Source: an uncultured delta proteobacterium
Lineage (GTDB): Bacteria; Desulfobacterota; Binatia; DP-6
NCBI GenBank assembly: GCA_963815115.1
Contig: CAWFFN010000009.1
Coordinates: 1,664,001-1,728,000 of the forward strand
Direction: 5' to 3'
DNA length: 64,000 nt
Part shown: positions 20,703 through 36,404 of the stretch, one piece after another
How positions within the stretch are numbered: position 1 is the stretch's first letter
How the letters are laid out: every line of letters begins with the position of its first letter
Position numbers and translations under genes: made by a program
Notes under the pieces: model-generated
The model's database searches: none
Told to the model about the DNA's origin: nothing
What the model saw: only the letters and a program-made list of their open reading frames with translations

Positions 20703-20830
20703 GCGCGTCCATCCGATCGCGTCGGGGTCTTGTATCCCGCCGAGCCGATTGCGAGAAACCGCTCGCCAGGGTCGTCATCGGCATGGACGGCTTCAAAGCG
20801 ATGGCTGCGGCCCCTCGTTCCTGAAGCTCC

Positions 20831-20863
20831 TGCATCCTGCACGATCGCGTATTGCAGCCTGCA
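20831..20863 (+). promoter_or_regulatory. Tandem palindromic activator sites TGCA-N3-TGCA
   Basis: TGCATCCTGCA at 20831 and TGCAGCCTGCA at 20853, 22 bp apart and both followed by CGA. Confidence 0.6.
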
Positions 20864-20906
20864 CGAGCGGAAGGGCCTCGGGCCCGGATCCGCGGGCTTG
20901 ACGCCA

Positions 20907-20922
20907 TGGCACGGGGGGTGCT
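20907..20922 (+). promoter_or_regulatory. sigma54 -24/-12 promoter of kdp operon 3
   Basis: TGGCACGGGGGGTGCT fits GG-N10-GC. Confidence 0.72.
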
Positions 20923-20931
20923 CTCACCGGC

Positions 20932-21105
20932 ATGACCTTCTCGGCGATCGTCTGGGGGCTTCTGGCGCTGGCATACGGTGTGAGCACGATCCAGCTCTTT
21001 CGCCAGGGGTGGGAGAGCCCGCCCCGGGGCCGGGTCCTGCCCTTCGTCCGCAACGCCTCGCCGCCGAGGGTAGTGCACCACCAACACACCCTGACAGCCG
21101 CTTGA
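20932..21105 (+). CDS. Possible 57-aa single-TM peptide at the 5' end of kdp operon 3
   Basis: MTFSAIVWGLLALAYGVSTIQLFRQGWESPPRGRVLPFVRNASPPRVVHHQHTLTAA. The stop abuts the RBS of the next peptide and the ATG is near the predicted transcription start. Confidence 0.4.
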   Translation: MTFSAIVWGLLALAYGVSTIQLFRQGWESPPRGRVLPFVRNASPPRVVHHQHTLTAA

Positions 21106-21116
21106 AGGACCCTGCG

Positions 21117-21197
21117 ATGGACCTCGTCTGCCTCGCCCTCGCCGGTGGCTTCCTCGCCCTGTCGTGGGGCCTCGTCGTCCTCTGCGAGCGTCTCTGA
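21117..21197 (+). CDS. Small membrane peptide upstream of kdpF (26 aa)
   Basis: MDLVCLALAGGFLALSWGLVVLCERL with an AAGGA RBS. Homologous to 3466-3558. Confidence 0.8.
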   Translation: MDLVCLALAGGFLALSWGLVVLCERL

Positions 21198-21210
21198 AGG
21201 AGCACACCGG

Positions 21211-21300
21211 ATGACCCTGCTCTACGCCATCGGCGGAGTACTCTCCGTCGGCCTCCTCCTCTACCTCTTCGTCGCGCTCCTGGCGCCCGAGCGATTCTGA
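21211..21300 (+). CDS. kdpF: KdpF peptide, copy 3 (29 aa)
   Basis: [29 protein letters not shown] with an AAGGAG RBS and a TGATG overlap with kdpA. Confidence 0.92.
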   Translation: MTLLYAIGGVLSVGLLLYLFVALLAPERF

Positions 21301-23102
21301 TGACGGCGAACGGCTTCTTCCAGGTCGCGCTCTACGTGGTCGTCCTCACCGCGCTCGCCAAGCCGCTCGGCAGCTACATGGCGCGGGTCTTCGACGGGCC
21401 GCCGATGCTCCTCGACCGGCTCCTCGGACCCGTGGAACGCCTCTGCTACCGGCTCGGCGGCGTCGACCCCGACCAGGGGATGACGTGGCGCACGTACGCG
21501 ATCGCGATGCTGCTCTTCAACTTCGCCGGGCTGCTCGTCGTCTACCTCCTGCAGCGCCTCCAGGGCGCCCTGCCGCTCAACCCGCAGGGCCTGGGGGCGG
21601 TGTCCGCCGACTCGTCGTTCAACACCGCGGTGAGCTTCGCCACCAACACGAACTGGCAGGGCTACGGCGGCGAGACCACGATGAGCTACCTCACCCAGAT
21701 GCTCGGGCTGACGGTGCAGAACTTCGTGTCTGCCGCGGCGGGCATCGCGACGCTCGTCGCCTTCATTCGCGGCTTCCGGCAGCGCCAGTCCGAGCACATC
21801 GGCAACTTCTGGGTGGACCTCGTGCGCAGCACGCTCTACATCCTGCTGCCGCTCTCGCTCGTGCTCGCGCTCGTCCTCGTCTCGCAGGGGGTCATCCAGA
21901 ACTTCGACAGCTACCGGACCGTGCAGCTCGTCCAGCCGACCACCGCGACGACCCCGGTGAAGGACGCCGACGGCAACCCGGTGCTCGACGAGCAGGGGCA
22001 GCCGAAGACCGAGACGGCGCCGGTGACCGAGCAGCTCCTGCCGATGGGGCCGGCGGCGTCGCAGATCGCCATCAAGCAGCTCGGCACCAACGGCGGCGGG
22101 TTCTTCAACGTCAACTCCGCGCACCCCTTCGAGAACGCGACACCGCTCTCCAACTTCTTCGAGGTCCTGGCGATCCTCGTGATCTCGGGCGCGCTCTGCT
22201 ACACGTTCGGCCGGATGGTCGGCGACACGCGCCAGGGCTGGGCGGTGCTCGCCGCGATGATCGTCATCTTCGTCGCCATGCTCGCGCTCTGCGAGTGGGC
22301 CGAGTACGCCGGCAATCCCCGCTTCACGCCGCTCGGGGTCGACCAGACCGCGAGCGCGCTCGCGCCGGGCGGCAACATGGAGGGCAAGGAGGTGCGGTTC
22401 GGCATCGCCAACTCCGCCCTCTGGGCCACCGCCACCACGGGCGCCTCGAACGGCTCGGTCAACTCGATGCACGACTCCTTCACGCCGCTGGGCGGCCTCG
22501 TCCCGCTGTTCATGATGCAGCTCGGCGAGGTGATCTACGGCGGCGTCGGCTCGGGGCTCTACGGCATGCTGGTCTTCGCCATCATCGCGGTCTTCGTGGC
22601 GGGGCTCATGGTGGGACGCACTCCCGAGTATCTCGGCAAGAAGATCGAGGCCTACGAGATGAAGATGGCCTCGCTGGTCATCCTGCTGCCGCCGCTCATC
22701 GTGCTGGTCTGCACGGCGATCGGGGCGGTGGCCCCCGCCGGGCTCGCCGGCCGCGCCAACCCCGGTCCGCACGGATTCAGCGAGATCCTCTACGCGTTCA
22801 GCTCGATGGGCAACAACAACGGCAGCGCCTTCGCCGGTCTCAGCGCCAACGTGCCCTTCTACAACCTCCTCGGCGGTATCGCCATGCTGATCGCGCGCTA
22901 CTGGCTCGCCATCCCCACGCTCGCCATCGCCGGCTCGCTGGCGCGGAAGAAGATCGTACCGCCGAGCCCCGGCACGCTGCCCACGCACACCCCGCTCTTC
23001 GTCGCGATGCTGGTCGGGGTCGTCATCATCGTCGGCGCGCTCACCTTCATCCCGGCGCTCGCGCTGGGGCCGATCGTCGAGCACCTCCTGCTGACCGCCT
23101 GA
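21300..23102 (+). CDS. kdpA: K+-transporting ATPase subunit A, copy 3
   Basis: NTNWQ, GTNGGG, SNGSV and NNGSA. A close paralogue of copy 1. Confidence 0.97.
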   Translation: MTANGFFQVALYVVVLTALAKPLGSYMARVFDGPPMLLDRLLGPVERLCYRLGGVDPDQGMTWRTYAIAMLLFNFAGLLVVYLLQRLQGALPLNPQGLGAVSADSSFNTAVSFATNTNWQGYGGETTMSYLTQMLGLTVQNFVSAAAGIATLVAFIRGFRQRQSEHIGNFWVDLVRSTLYILLPLSLVLALVLVSQGVIQNFDSYRTVQLVQPTTATTPVKDADGNPVLDEQGQPKTETAPVTEQLLPMGPAASQIAIKQLGTNGGGFFNVNSAHPFENATPLSNFFEVLAILVISGALCYTFGRMVGDTRQGWAVLAAMIVIFVAMLALCEWAEYAGNPRFTPLGVDQTASALAPGGNMEGKEVRFGIANSALWATATTGASNGSVNSMHDSFTPLGGLVPLFMMQLGEVIYGGVGSGLYGMLVFAIIAVFVAGLMVGRTPEYLGKKIEAYEMKMASLVILLPPLIVLVCTAIGAVAPAGLAGRANPGPHGFSEILYAFSSMGNNNGSAFAGLSANVPFYNLLGGIAMLIARYWLAIPTLAIAGSLARKKIVPPSPGTLPTHTPLFVAMLVGVVIIVGALTFIPALALGPIVEHLLLTA

Positions 23103-23119
23103 CGCGCGAGGGAACCGAG

Positions 23120-25210
<2,091 letters not shown>

Positions 25211-25225
25211 TCGGAGATCGTTCTC

Positions 25226-25798
25226 ATGTCACAGGAGCTGAGACCCGCCATCGTCCTTCTCGCGCTGCTCACGCTGATCACGGGCGTCGTCTACCCGCTG
25301 GTCGTCACCGTCGTCGCGCAGGTCGCCTTCCCGAGGCAGGCCAATGGCAGCCTGGTCGTCCGCGGCGACGGCGTCGTGGGCTCCGCGCTCATCGGCCAGC
25401 CGTTCGACGACCCGAGGTACTTCTGGGGCCGGCCGTCCGCCACGGCGCCGTTCGCATACAACGCCGGCGCGTCGTCGGGCTCCAACCTCGGTCCGCTGAA
25501 TCCGGCGTTGACGGACGCCGTGAAGGCGCGGGTGGACGCGCTGCGCGCTGCCGACCCCGGGAACCAGAGCCCGATCCCCGTGGATCTCGTGACGGCGTCG
25601 GGCAGCGGGCTCGATCCCCACATCAGCCCCGCCGCGGCCGCCTGGCAGGTGCCGCGGGTGGCGCGGGCACGCGGGCTCGACGCGGCCACCGTCGAGGCCC
25701 TGGTCGAGCGCAACACCGAGGGACGCCAGTGGGGCTTTCTCGGGGAGGCGCGGGTCAACGTCCTGGGGCTCAACCTGGCGCTGGATGCGCGGCGCTAG
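25226..25798 (+). CDS. kdpC: K+-transporting ATPase subunit C, copy 3
   Basis: [23 protein letters not shown] and [15 protein letters not shown]. Canonical 190-aa length. Confidence 0.96.
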   Translation: MSQELRPAIVLLALLTLITGVVYPLVVTVVAQVAFPRQANGSLVVRGDGVVGSALIGQPFDDPRYFWGRPSATAPFAYNAGASSGSNLGPLNPALTDAVKARVDALRAADPGNQSPIPVDLVTASGSGLDPHISPAAAAWQVPRVARARGLDAATVEALVERNTEGRQWGFLGEARVNVLGLNLALDARR

Positions 25799-25821
25799 CC
25801 CGGCTGGTATGTCCGGGAGAA

Positions 25822-26877
25822 GTGGGAGCCGAGCCCCTACCTCGAGCGAGCGCCGCGGGTGGCACGGGTCGGACGTTCCCCGCGTGGGTGCTGTGGTCGG
25901 TCCTCGCGCTGATCGCGCTGGGCGGCTCCCTGGTGCTGAGCGAAGCCTTCCTGCGCTCGCAGGGCGTCCTGCCGGGACGCGACATGTTTGCCCGCGAGCC
26001 GGTGATGATGGAGCCCGATCCCGTTCTCGGGTGGCGGAACCGGCCGGGGCACTACGTCTATCCCGGCTACAGCGCCGACGTGGAATCGATCGCGGTCACC
26101 ATCTGGCCGGATGGCCGTCGAGCGACGCGCGCGCGGCAGGAGGGTCCGGCGGACAGCGTCGTGCTGCTCGGCGATTCCCTCACCATGGGATGGGCGGTGT
26201 CGGACGAGGAGACCTTCGGGTGGCAGCTGCAGGACCGCCTGCCGGGACTGGACGTGCGGAACCACGGCGTCGCAGGCTACGGGACGTACCAGTCGCTGCT
26301 GCTGATGCGGAAGCTCCTGGCCGAGGGCCAGCGCCCGCGGCTGATCCTCTACGGCTTCATCAATGATCACGAGCATCGCAACGTCGCCGACTACCGCTGG
26401 CTGCGGGCGCTCACCGTTCGCTCCTCGATGCTGCGTCTCTCCGTGCCGTATTCCCTGCTGGGTCGCGACGGAACGCTCGAGGAGCACGCGCCCGAACCCT
26501 CGCCCGTCTGGCCGTTGCGGCGCTGGCTGTCGTCGGCGGTCGCGCTGGAGGATCTCCAGGTGCGCGGCTTGACCGCGGGCCGGTTCGACCACGCCGAGCG
26601 CGTGACCGAGCTCCTCCTCGAGGAGATGGACCGCGAGGCGCGGAGCCACGGAGCTCGCTTCGCGGTCGTCGTTCTCACGGGGGCCCCCGACCGGTTGCGC
26701 CACTACCAGGAATTCCTGGCGAGCCGTGGCATCTCCCTGATCGATTGCGGTCGCCCCTTGCTGCCGGCGATGACGGTCCGGGGCGAGGGACATCCCAACC
26801 GGCTCATGCACGAGCAGTGGGCTGCGTGCCTGGCCGAGGCCCTGCATCGCGACTGGCCGGCGGGTGCGGCCCGCTAG
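25822..26877 (+). CDS. Membrane-anchored SGNH/GDSL hydrolase-family protein
   Basis: N-terminal TM helix, DPVLGW, LGDSLTMG, NHGVAGYG and GHPN. GTG start after GGGAGA. Confidence 0.8.
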   Translation: MGAEPLPRASAAGGTGRTFPAWVLWSVLALIALGGSLVLSEAFLRSQGVLPGRDMFAREPVMMEPDPVLGWRNRPGHYVYPGYSADVESIAVTIWPDGRRATRARQEGPADSVVLLGDSLTMGWAVSDEETFGWQLQDRLPGLDVRNHGVAGYGTYQSLLLMRKLLAEGQRPRLILYGFINDHEHRNVADYRWLRALTVRSSMLRLSVPYSLLGRDGTLEEHAPEPSPVWPLRRWLSSAVALEDLQVRGLTAGRFDHAERVTELLLEEMDREARSHGARFAVVVLTGAPDRLRHYQEFLASRGISLIDCGRPLLPAMTVRGEGHPNRLMHEQWAACLAEALHRDWPAGAAR

Positions 26878-26925
26878 CGCCGCCGCTGGTGGAAGCGTCG
26901 CCGGCGCGGTGACACACTAGGTCAG

Positions 26926-29953
<3,028 letters not shown>

Positions 29954-29962
29954 GGGGGAGCG

Positions 29963-31301
<1,339 letters not shown>

Positions 31302-31398
31302 GCGCCGGCGAAGCGCCGCGGCCGGCTTGACAGGGCGACGCGCACGGCGGCATCGGTGAGCCGCGCACGGCCCGCGTGCCGCGGAAGGGGGGCCCAGC

Positions 31399-32460
31399 AT
31401 GGCAAGCGCCGATCGCTACGCCGTACCCGTCGACCAGCTCGAGTGGTCGATTCCCGGAGCGTTCGATACGGTCTTCGAGTGGGAATACGAGGAGGGTGCC
31501 CAGGCGCTGCGGCGACTCTACGAGAAGGGCAAGAACCTGCAGTGGAACGCGACCTCGCGCATCGACTGGTCGCAGGACCTCGACCCCGAAAACCCCCAGG
31601 GCTTGCCCGACGAGGCGATCGTCATCTTCGGATCGCCGGTGTGGCAGCGCCTGACCGCGAAGGAGCGCGCCACGGTGCGCCACCACATCCAGGCCTGGTC
31701 GAACTCCCAGTTCCTGCACGGCGAGCAGGGCGCGCTGGTGTGCACGGCCAAGATCGTCCAGCAGGTGCCGAGCATCGACGCCAAGTTCTACGCCGCCACC
31801 CAGGTGATGGACGAGGCGCGGCACGTCGAGGCCTACGCCCGCCTGCTGCACGAGAAGTTCGAGCTGGCGTACCCGATCACGCCGCCGCTGCAGCGCCTGC
31901 TGAACGACGTGCTCAGCGACTCGCGCTGGGACATGACCTATCTCGGGATGCAGGTGCTGGTCGAGGGCCTGGCGCTGGCGGCCTTCGCCAACATCCGCGA
32001 CACCGCCCAGAACCAGCTCGCCGCGTCGGTCAACGCGTACGTCATGCAGGACGAGGCGCGCCACGTCGCCTTCGGGCGCCTCACGCTACGCGACTACTAC
32101 CCGCAGCTGACGCAGGCCGAGCGCGACGAGCGCGAGGAGTTCGCCGTCGAGGCGTGCTACCTGATGCGGGACCGCTTCCTCGGCGAGGAGGTCTGGGAGC
32201 GGCTGGGGTTCCCGGTCGAGGAGTGCATGGCGTGGGCGAGCGGCTCCGAGCTGATGCTGCAGTTCCGCTCGGCGCTCTTCAGCCGCATCGTGCCGACCAT
32301 CAAGGAGATCGGACTGTGGGGGCCCAAGATCCGCCGGGCCTACTCCAACATGGGCATCCTCGGCTTCGCGGACATCGACGCCGCGGCGCTGCAGGCGAAC
32401 GACGAAGCGGTGGCGCAGGAGTTCGACGCGCGCCGGGATGCGTCGGCGCGCTCGGCGTGA
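31399..32460 (+). CDS. Ferritin-like diiron oxygenase (AurF-like)
   Basis: QFLHGEQGA, two DEARH motifs and VLVEGLA. Confidence 0.85.
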   Translation: MASADRYAVPVDQLEWSIPGAFDTVFEWEYEEGAQALRRLYEKGKNLQWNATSRIDWSQDLDPENPQGLPDEAIVIFGSPVWQRLTAKERATVRHHIQAWSNSQFLHGEQGALVCTAKIVQQVPSIDAKFYAATQVMDEARHVEAYARLLHEKFELAYPITPPLQRLLNDVLSDSRWDMTYLGMQVLVEGLALAAFANIRDTAQNQLAASVNAYVMQDEARHVAFGRLTLRDYYPQLTQAERDEREEFAVEACYLMRDRFLGEEVWERLGFPVEECMAWASGSELMLQFRSALFSRIVPTIKEIGLWGPKIRRAYSNMGILGFADIDAAALQANDEAVAQEFDARRDASARSA

Positions 32461-32473
32461 GGGAGGAGGGGTG

Positions 32474-33350
32474 ATGGAGACGCTCCCGTTCGGGCGGACC
32501 GGGCACGACAGCAGCCGGGTCGTCTTCGGCGCGGCGGCGCTGGGCTCGATGCGACAGGAGAAGGCCGACCAGATCCTGGAGCTGCTGCTCGAGTACGGCG
32601 TCAATCACATCGACACCGCGGCGTCCTACGGCGACTCCGAGCTGCGCGTGGCGCCGTGGCTGGAGCGCCACCGGGACCGCTTCTTCCTGGCCACCAAGAC
32701 CGGCGAGCGGACCGCCGAGGGGGCGCGAGCGAGCGTGCAGCGGTCGCTCGAGCGCCTGGGCGTGGAGCGCATCGATCTGATCCAGCTGCACAACCTGGTG
32801 AACGAGAGCGAGTGGGAGACGGCGCTCGGTCCGGGCGGAGCGCTCGACGCGCTGATCGAAGCGCGCGAGCGGGGCCAGGTGCGCTTCATCGGGGTCACGG
32901 GTCATGGCACGCGCGCGCCCGAGATGCATCGCCGCAGCCTCGAACGCTTCCCCTTCGACTCCGTCCTCGTGCCCTACAACTTCACCATGCTGCGGCACCG
33001 CGGAGTACGCCTCCGACCTGGAAGCGCTCCTCGCGCTCTGCCGCGAGCGCGGGGTCGCGGTGCAGACGATCAAGTCGATCGCGCGCCGCCGCTGGGAGGG
33101 AGAGGGGCAGCGCCGCTTCAGCTGGTACGAGCCGCTCACCGACCCCGGCGCCATCGCCCGTGCCGTGCAGTTCGTGCTCGGCCGGCCCGGACTCTTCCTC
33201 AACTCGTCGAGCGACGCCACGCTGCTGCGTCACGTCCTCGACGCGGCCTCGCATCCCGCGCGCGTCCCGCCGGTCGCCGCGCTCGCCGAGGACGTGTCGC
33301 GCTACGCGATCCAGCCGCTCTTCGTGCGCGGCGTGGCCGAAGGGCTCTGA
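32474..33350 (+). CDS. Aldo/keto reductase (one apparent frameshift near 33000)
   Basis: [30 protein letters not shown] and RFIGVTGH. The C-terminus continues in another frame. Confidence 0.85.
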
Positions 33351-33360
33351 GCCAGCCCGC

Positions 33361-35052
33361 CTACTTCCGCAAGACGCGGAGATCCTCGATGTCGCCGACG
33401 ACCTGCGGGTCGAGGCGGCCGAGCGCGGCCGGATCGCCGTTCAGCGCCGCGTCGAAGAAGTTGAGCGCCAGATATTTCACGATGTCGTGCGCGCGGCGCC
33501 AGGGCAGGTGCCGCGGCTCGCAGGCCTCGTCGAAGCCGCCGAGGAACGCCAGCAGATCGCGCGGGACCTCGCAGAAGTCCGAGAAGGTGAAGTGCCCGGC
33601 ATCGGTGAGCTCGGCGAGGGCAACGATCTCGGCGCCGGACGGCAGCGCTTCGAAGGGATGCTCCTGGTTCTCCTCGAACGGCGTGGTCTCGTCGAGCGAT
33701 CCGCCGACCAGCAGCGTCGGGATGTGGATGCTGGTGAAGAAGGCGTCGCCGAAGGGGGCGGCCGGTGCCTGCGGCATGATCGCCTTCACGCGCGGGTCGG
33801 TGAAGGTGCCGGCAGGGCCCGCGCCTCCCGCGAGGGCGAGCGCCGTGTAGCCCCCGAACGAGTGCCCCGAGGCGCCGAGGCGCGCCGGGTCGACGGCATC
33901 GGCGAAGAAGTTGTCCGGCTCGGAGTCGTAGGCGAGAAACTGGTCGAGCACGAAGGACATGTCGAGCGGGCGATTCGCCGCGACGTTCGGATCGACGATG
34001 CCGAGCAGCGTGTCCACGAAGGTGTTGCCGCGGTGGTCCGGGCTCGCGACCACGTAGCCGTGGCTCGCCAGGTGGGCGGCGAAGAAGAACGACTGGATGC
34101 GGATGCCGTTGTTGCCGTGCGAGAAGAGAACCATCGGGAACGGCCCGGGCGCGATGGCGACGTCGCGGTACGACGGGGTGCGCAGGATCGGGACGCCCAG
34201 CACGGTGATCAGGTCGCGCGGCACTCCCGCGATCGCCGCGTCGGTGGATGGGTAGTACACCTCGACCGTCACCGGCCGCGGTCCGCTCCCGGTGACGTCG
34301 AGGCGTGCCGCGTCGAAGAGCGTGAGCGTCTTGACGCCGACGGGGTAGGGTCCGAAGTCGGCCGTCGGGCCGAGATCGTTCGGCGGGTAGACGAGCTGCG
34401 CGAAATGGCGGGCGCGCGTGAACACGCGCTCGATCAGGTCGTCGAGGGAGCCGAGTCCGAGCGCATCGTAGGCCGGGCCGCACCGGCCGAGGATGTGGCG
34501 CCGGACGCCGTCCTCGATGCGGGCGATCCGCTGGTCGCGATGCGCGCGGTCGCACGCGTCGCCCCGGTAGGCGGCGAGGAAGCACCGCGGCCCTTCCAGC
34601 CGGACGGTGGCGCTCCGGAGATGACCGAGCTGGCGCGACACCGCGCGCTGGCAGTCGAGAAAGGCGCCGGAGAGGGAGCTGGGATTGGCCGCGAAGAGGC
34701 CCGCGAGCCAGTCCTCGCCGAAGTCGGAGCAGGCCTCACTGCCGCGCAGCACGACGTCGTCGGCGCTCGTATAGTCGAGCGCCTCGCTCGAGCTGTCGGA
34801 GCAGGCGGCGCGGCTTGGCCGCTCGGGCTTCCCCAGCGCCACCGAGAGCGCGCCGCCGTCGGCACGCGCGGCGGACTCGCATGCCGCGTCGCCGTGCGCC
34901 CGGCAGCGCGCGACGACGTCGTCGAAGCGCTCCAGGCAGCGGGCGTCGGCGTCACCCGAGGCCTGCATGCATGCCGCGGGACCGGCTGCCGCGGCGTACC
35001 CGCCGGCGCTCGCCAGCGCGAGCACGAGGATCCCCAGGTGTCGAACGCGCAT
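33361..35052 (-). CDS. Secreted alpha/beta hydrolase with a Cys-rich N-terminal domain
   Basis: Signal peptide, [17 protein letters not shown], a GHSFG nucleophile elbow and AGHFTFSD. Confidence 0.85.
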   Translation of the reverse strand: MRVRHLGILVLALASAGGYAAAAGPAACMQASGDADARCLERFDDVVARCRAHGDAACESAARADGGALSVALGKPERPSRAACSDSSSEALDYTSADDVVLRGSEACSDFGEDWLAGLFAANPSSLSGAFLDCQRAVSRQLGHLRSATVRLEGPRCFLAAYRGDACDRAHRDQRIARIEDGVRRHILGRCGPAYDALGLGSLDDLIERVFTRARHFAQLVYPPNDLGPTADFGPYPVGVKTLTLFDAARLDVTGSGPRPVTVEVYYPSTDAAIAGVPRDLITVLGVPILRTPSYRDVAIAPGPFPMVLFSHGNNGIRIQSFFFAAHLASHGYVVASPDHRGNTFVDTLLGIVDPNVAANRPLDMSFVLDQFLAYDSEPDNFFADAVDPARLGASGHSFGGYTALALAGGAGPAGTFTDPRVKAIMPQAPAAPFGDAFFTSIHIPTLLVGGSLDETTPFEENQEHPFEALPSGAEIVALAELTDAGHFTFSDFCEVPRDLLAFLGGFDEACEPRHLPWRRAHDIVKYLALNFFDAALNGDPAALGRLDPQVVGDIEDLRVLRK

Positions 35053-35130
35053 CGGTCCCTCCCTCGAGTGGTCGGCTGGGTCGTACCCGAGCGCGCCGCT
35101 TCCTGTCCAATGGAAACGCGACGTGCCGCG

Positions 35131-36315
35131 TCAGCGGGTCGCGCGGCGTGCCAGGACCGCGGCCGCCAGCGCGGTCACCAGGCCGCCCGCCGCCAGCGTG
35201 CGCGGCACGCCGATCCGGTCGCCGATCGTTCCGGCGATGACCCCGCCGAGGGTGGCGAAGCCGAAGAAGATCACCGTCAGCATGCTCATCACGCGCCCGC
35301 GCATGCCGTCGTAGACGTTGACCTGGATGGCCGTGGTCATCGAGGCGATCGTGATCGTCTGGAGGATGCCGAGGGCGAAGAGCAGCGCCGCCATGGACGT
35401 CGGGGTGCGCACGGCGTCGAAGCCGACGACGCAGAGACCGAAGAGGATCGAGCCGACCGGCACGACGCGCGGCGAGTGGCCGCGCGGACCCGCGAGCGCC
35501 AGGGCGAGCCCACCGACGACCGCGCCGGCGCCGACCGCCGCCATGAGCCATCCGAGGCCGGTGGCCTCGAGGCCGAGCACGTCGCGCGCCAGCGCGGGCA
35601 TCATGATGATGTACGGGAAGCCGAACAGGCTCATCACCGCCGCCAGGAACATGGCGGGGCCGATCACCGCGTGGCGGCGCACGTAGCCCAGGCCCTCGCG
35701 CAGCGCGCGCGCCAGGGACGGCTGGGCCACCACCGGCCGCGGCGGAAGGCGGATCCGCCCGATGATGAAGGCGAGGACCAGGAAACCCGACGCGTTCACG
35801 GCGAAGCATCCGGCGGGTCCGATCGCGCCGTAGAGCAGGCCCGCGAGCGCGGGTCCGACGGCGCGCGCCAGGTTGAACTGCACCGAGTTGAGCGAGATCG
35901 CCTCGAGGAGGTCGCCCTCCTCCACCAGGCTCGGGATCGAGGAGTGCATGGCGGGCGTGTAGACGGCGTTCGCCGTGCCGGTCACCACGGCGAGGCCGAT
36001 GACGCGCCAGATGGTCACCAGGTCCAACGCCGCCATGGTCGCGAGCGCCATGGCGCTCGCGGCGAGTGCGAGGAGGCTCGCGATCATGATCGCGCGCCGG
36101 CTCGCGCGGTCGGCCATGGCCCCGCCGAGGAGTCCGAGGGCGAAGGTCGGCGCGTTGCCGACGAAGCTCACGGTGCCGAGCCAGGACGCCTTGCGGGTGA
36201 GGGCATAGACGAGCCAGCCGAGCGCGATCGTCTGGATCCAGAGACCCAGGTTCGCGACCAGCGAGCCCGCCCAGAAGATGCGGTAGTCGCGGGAGCGGCG
36301 GAGGACACCGAGCAC
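35131..36315 (-). CDS. MFS transporter
   Basis: About 12 TM helices, GGAMADRASRR, NLARAVGPALAG and MRGRVMS. Confidence 0.9.
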   Translation of the reverse strand: MLGVLRRSRDYRIFWAGSLVANLGLWIQTIALGWLVYALTRKASWLGTVSFVGNAPTFALGLLGGAMADRASRRAIMIASLLALAASAMALATMAALDLVTIWRVIGLAVVTGTANAVYTPAMHSSIPSLVEEGDLLEAISLNSVQFNLARAVGPALAGLLYGAIGPAGCFAVNASGFLVLAFIIGRIRLPPRPVVAQPSLARALREGLGYVRRHAVIGPAMFLAAVMSLFGFPYIIMMPALARDVLGLEATGLGWLMAAVGAGAVVGGLALALAGPRGHSPRVVPVGSILFGLCVVGFDAVRTPTSMAALLFALGILQTITIASMTTAIQVNVYDGMRGRVMSMLTVIFFGFATLGGVIAGTIGDRIGVPRTLAAGGLVTALAAAVLARRATR

Positions 36316-36404
36316 GGGAGGCGGAGGTTCACCACGCCGGAGCCCGCGGGGTCAAACGGGTGCGCCCCTTCGTCGAGCCGGCGGCTTCGGATACAAGCGC
36401 GCCC

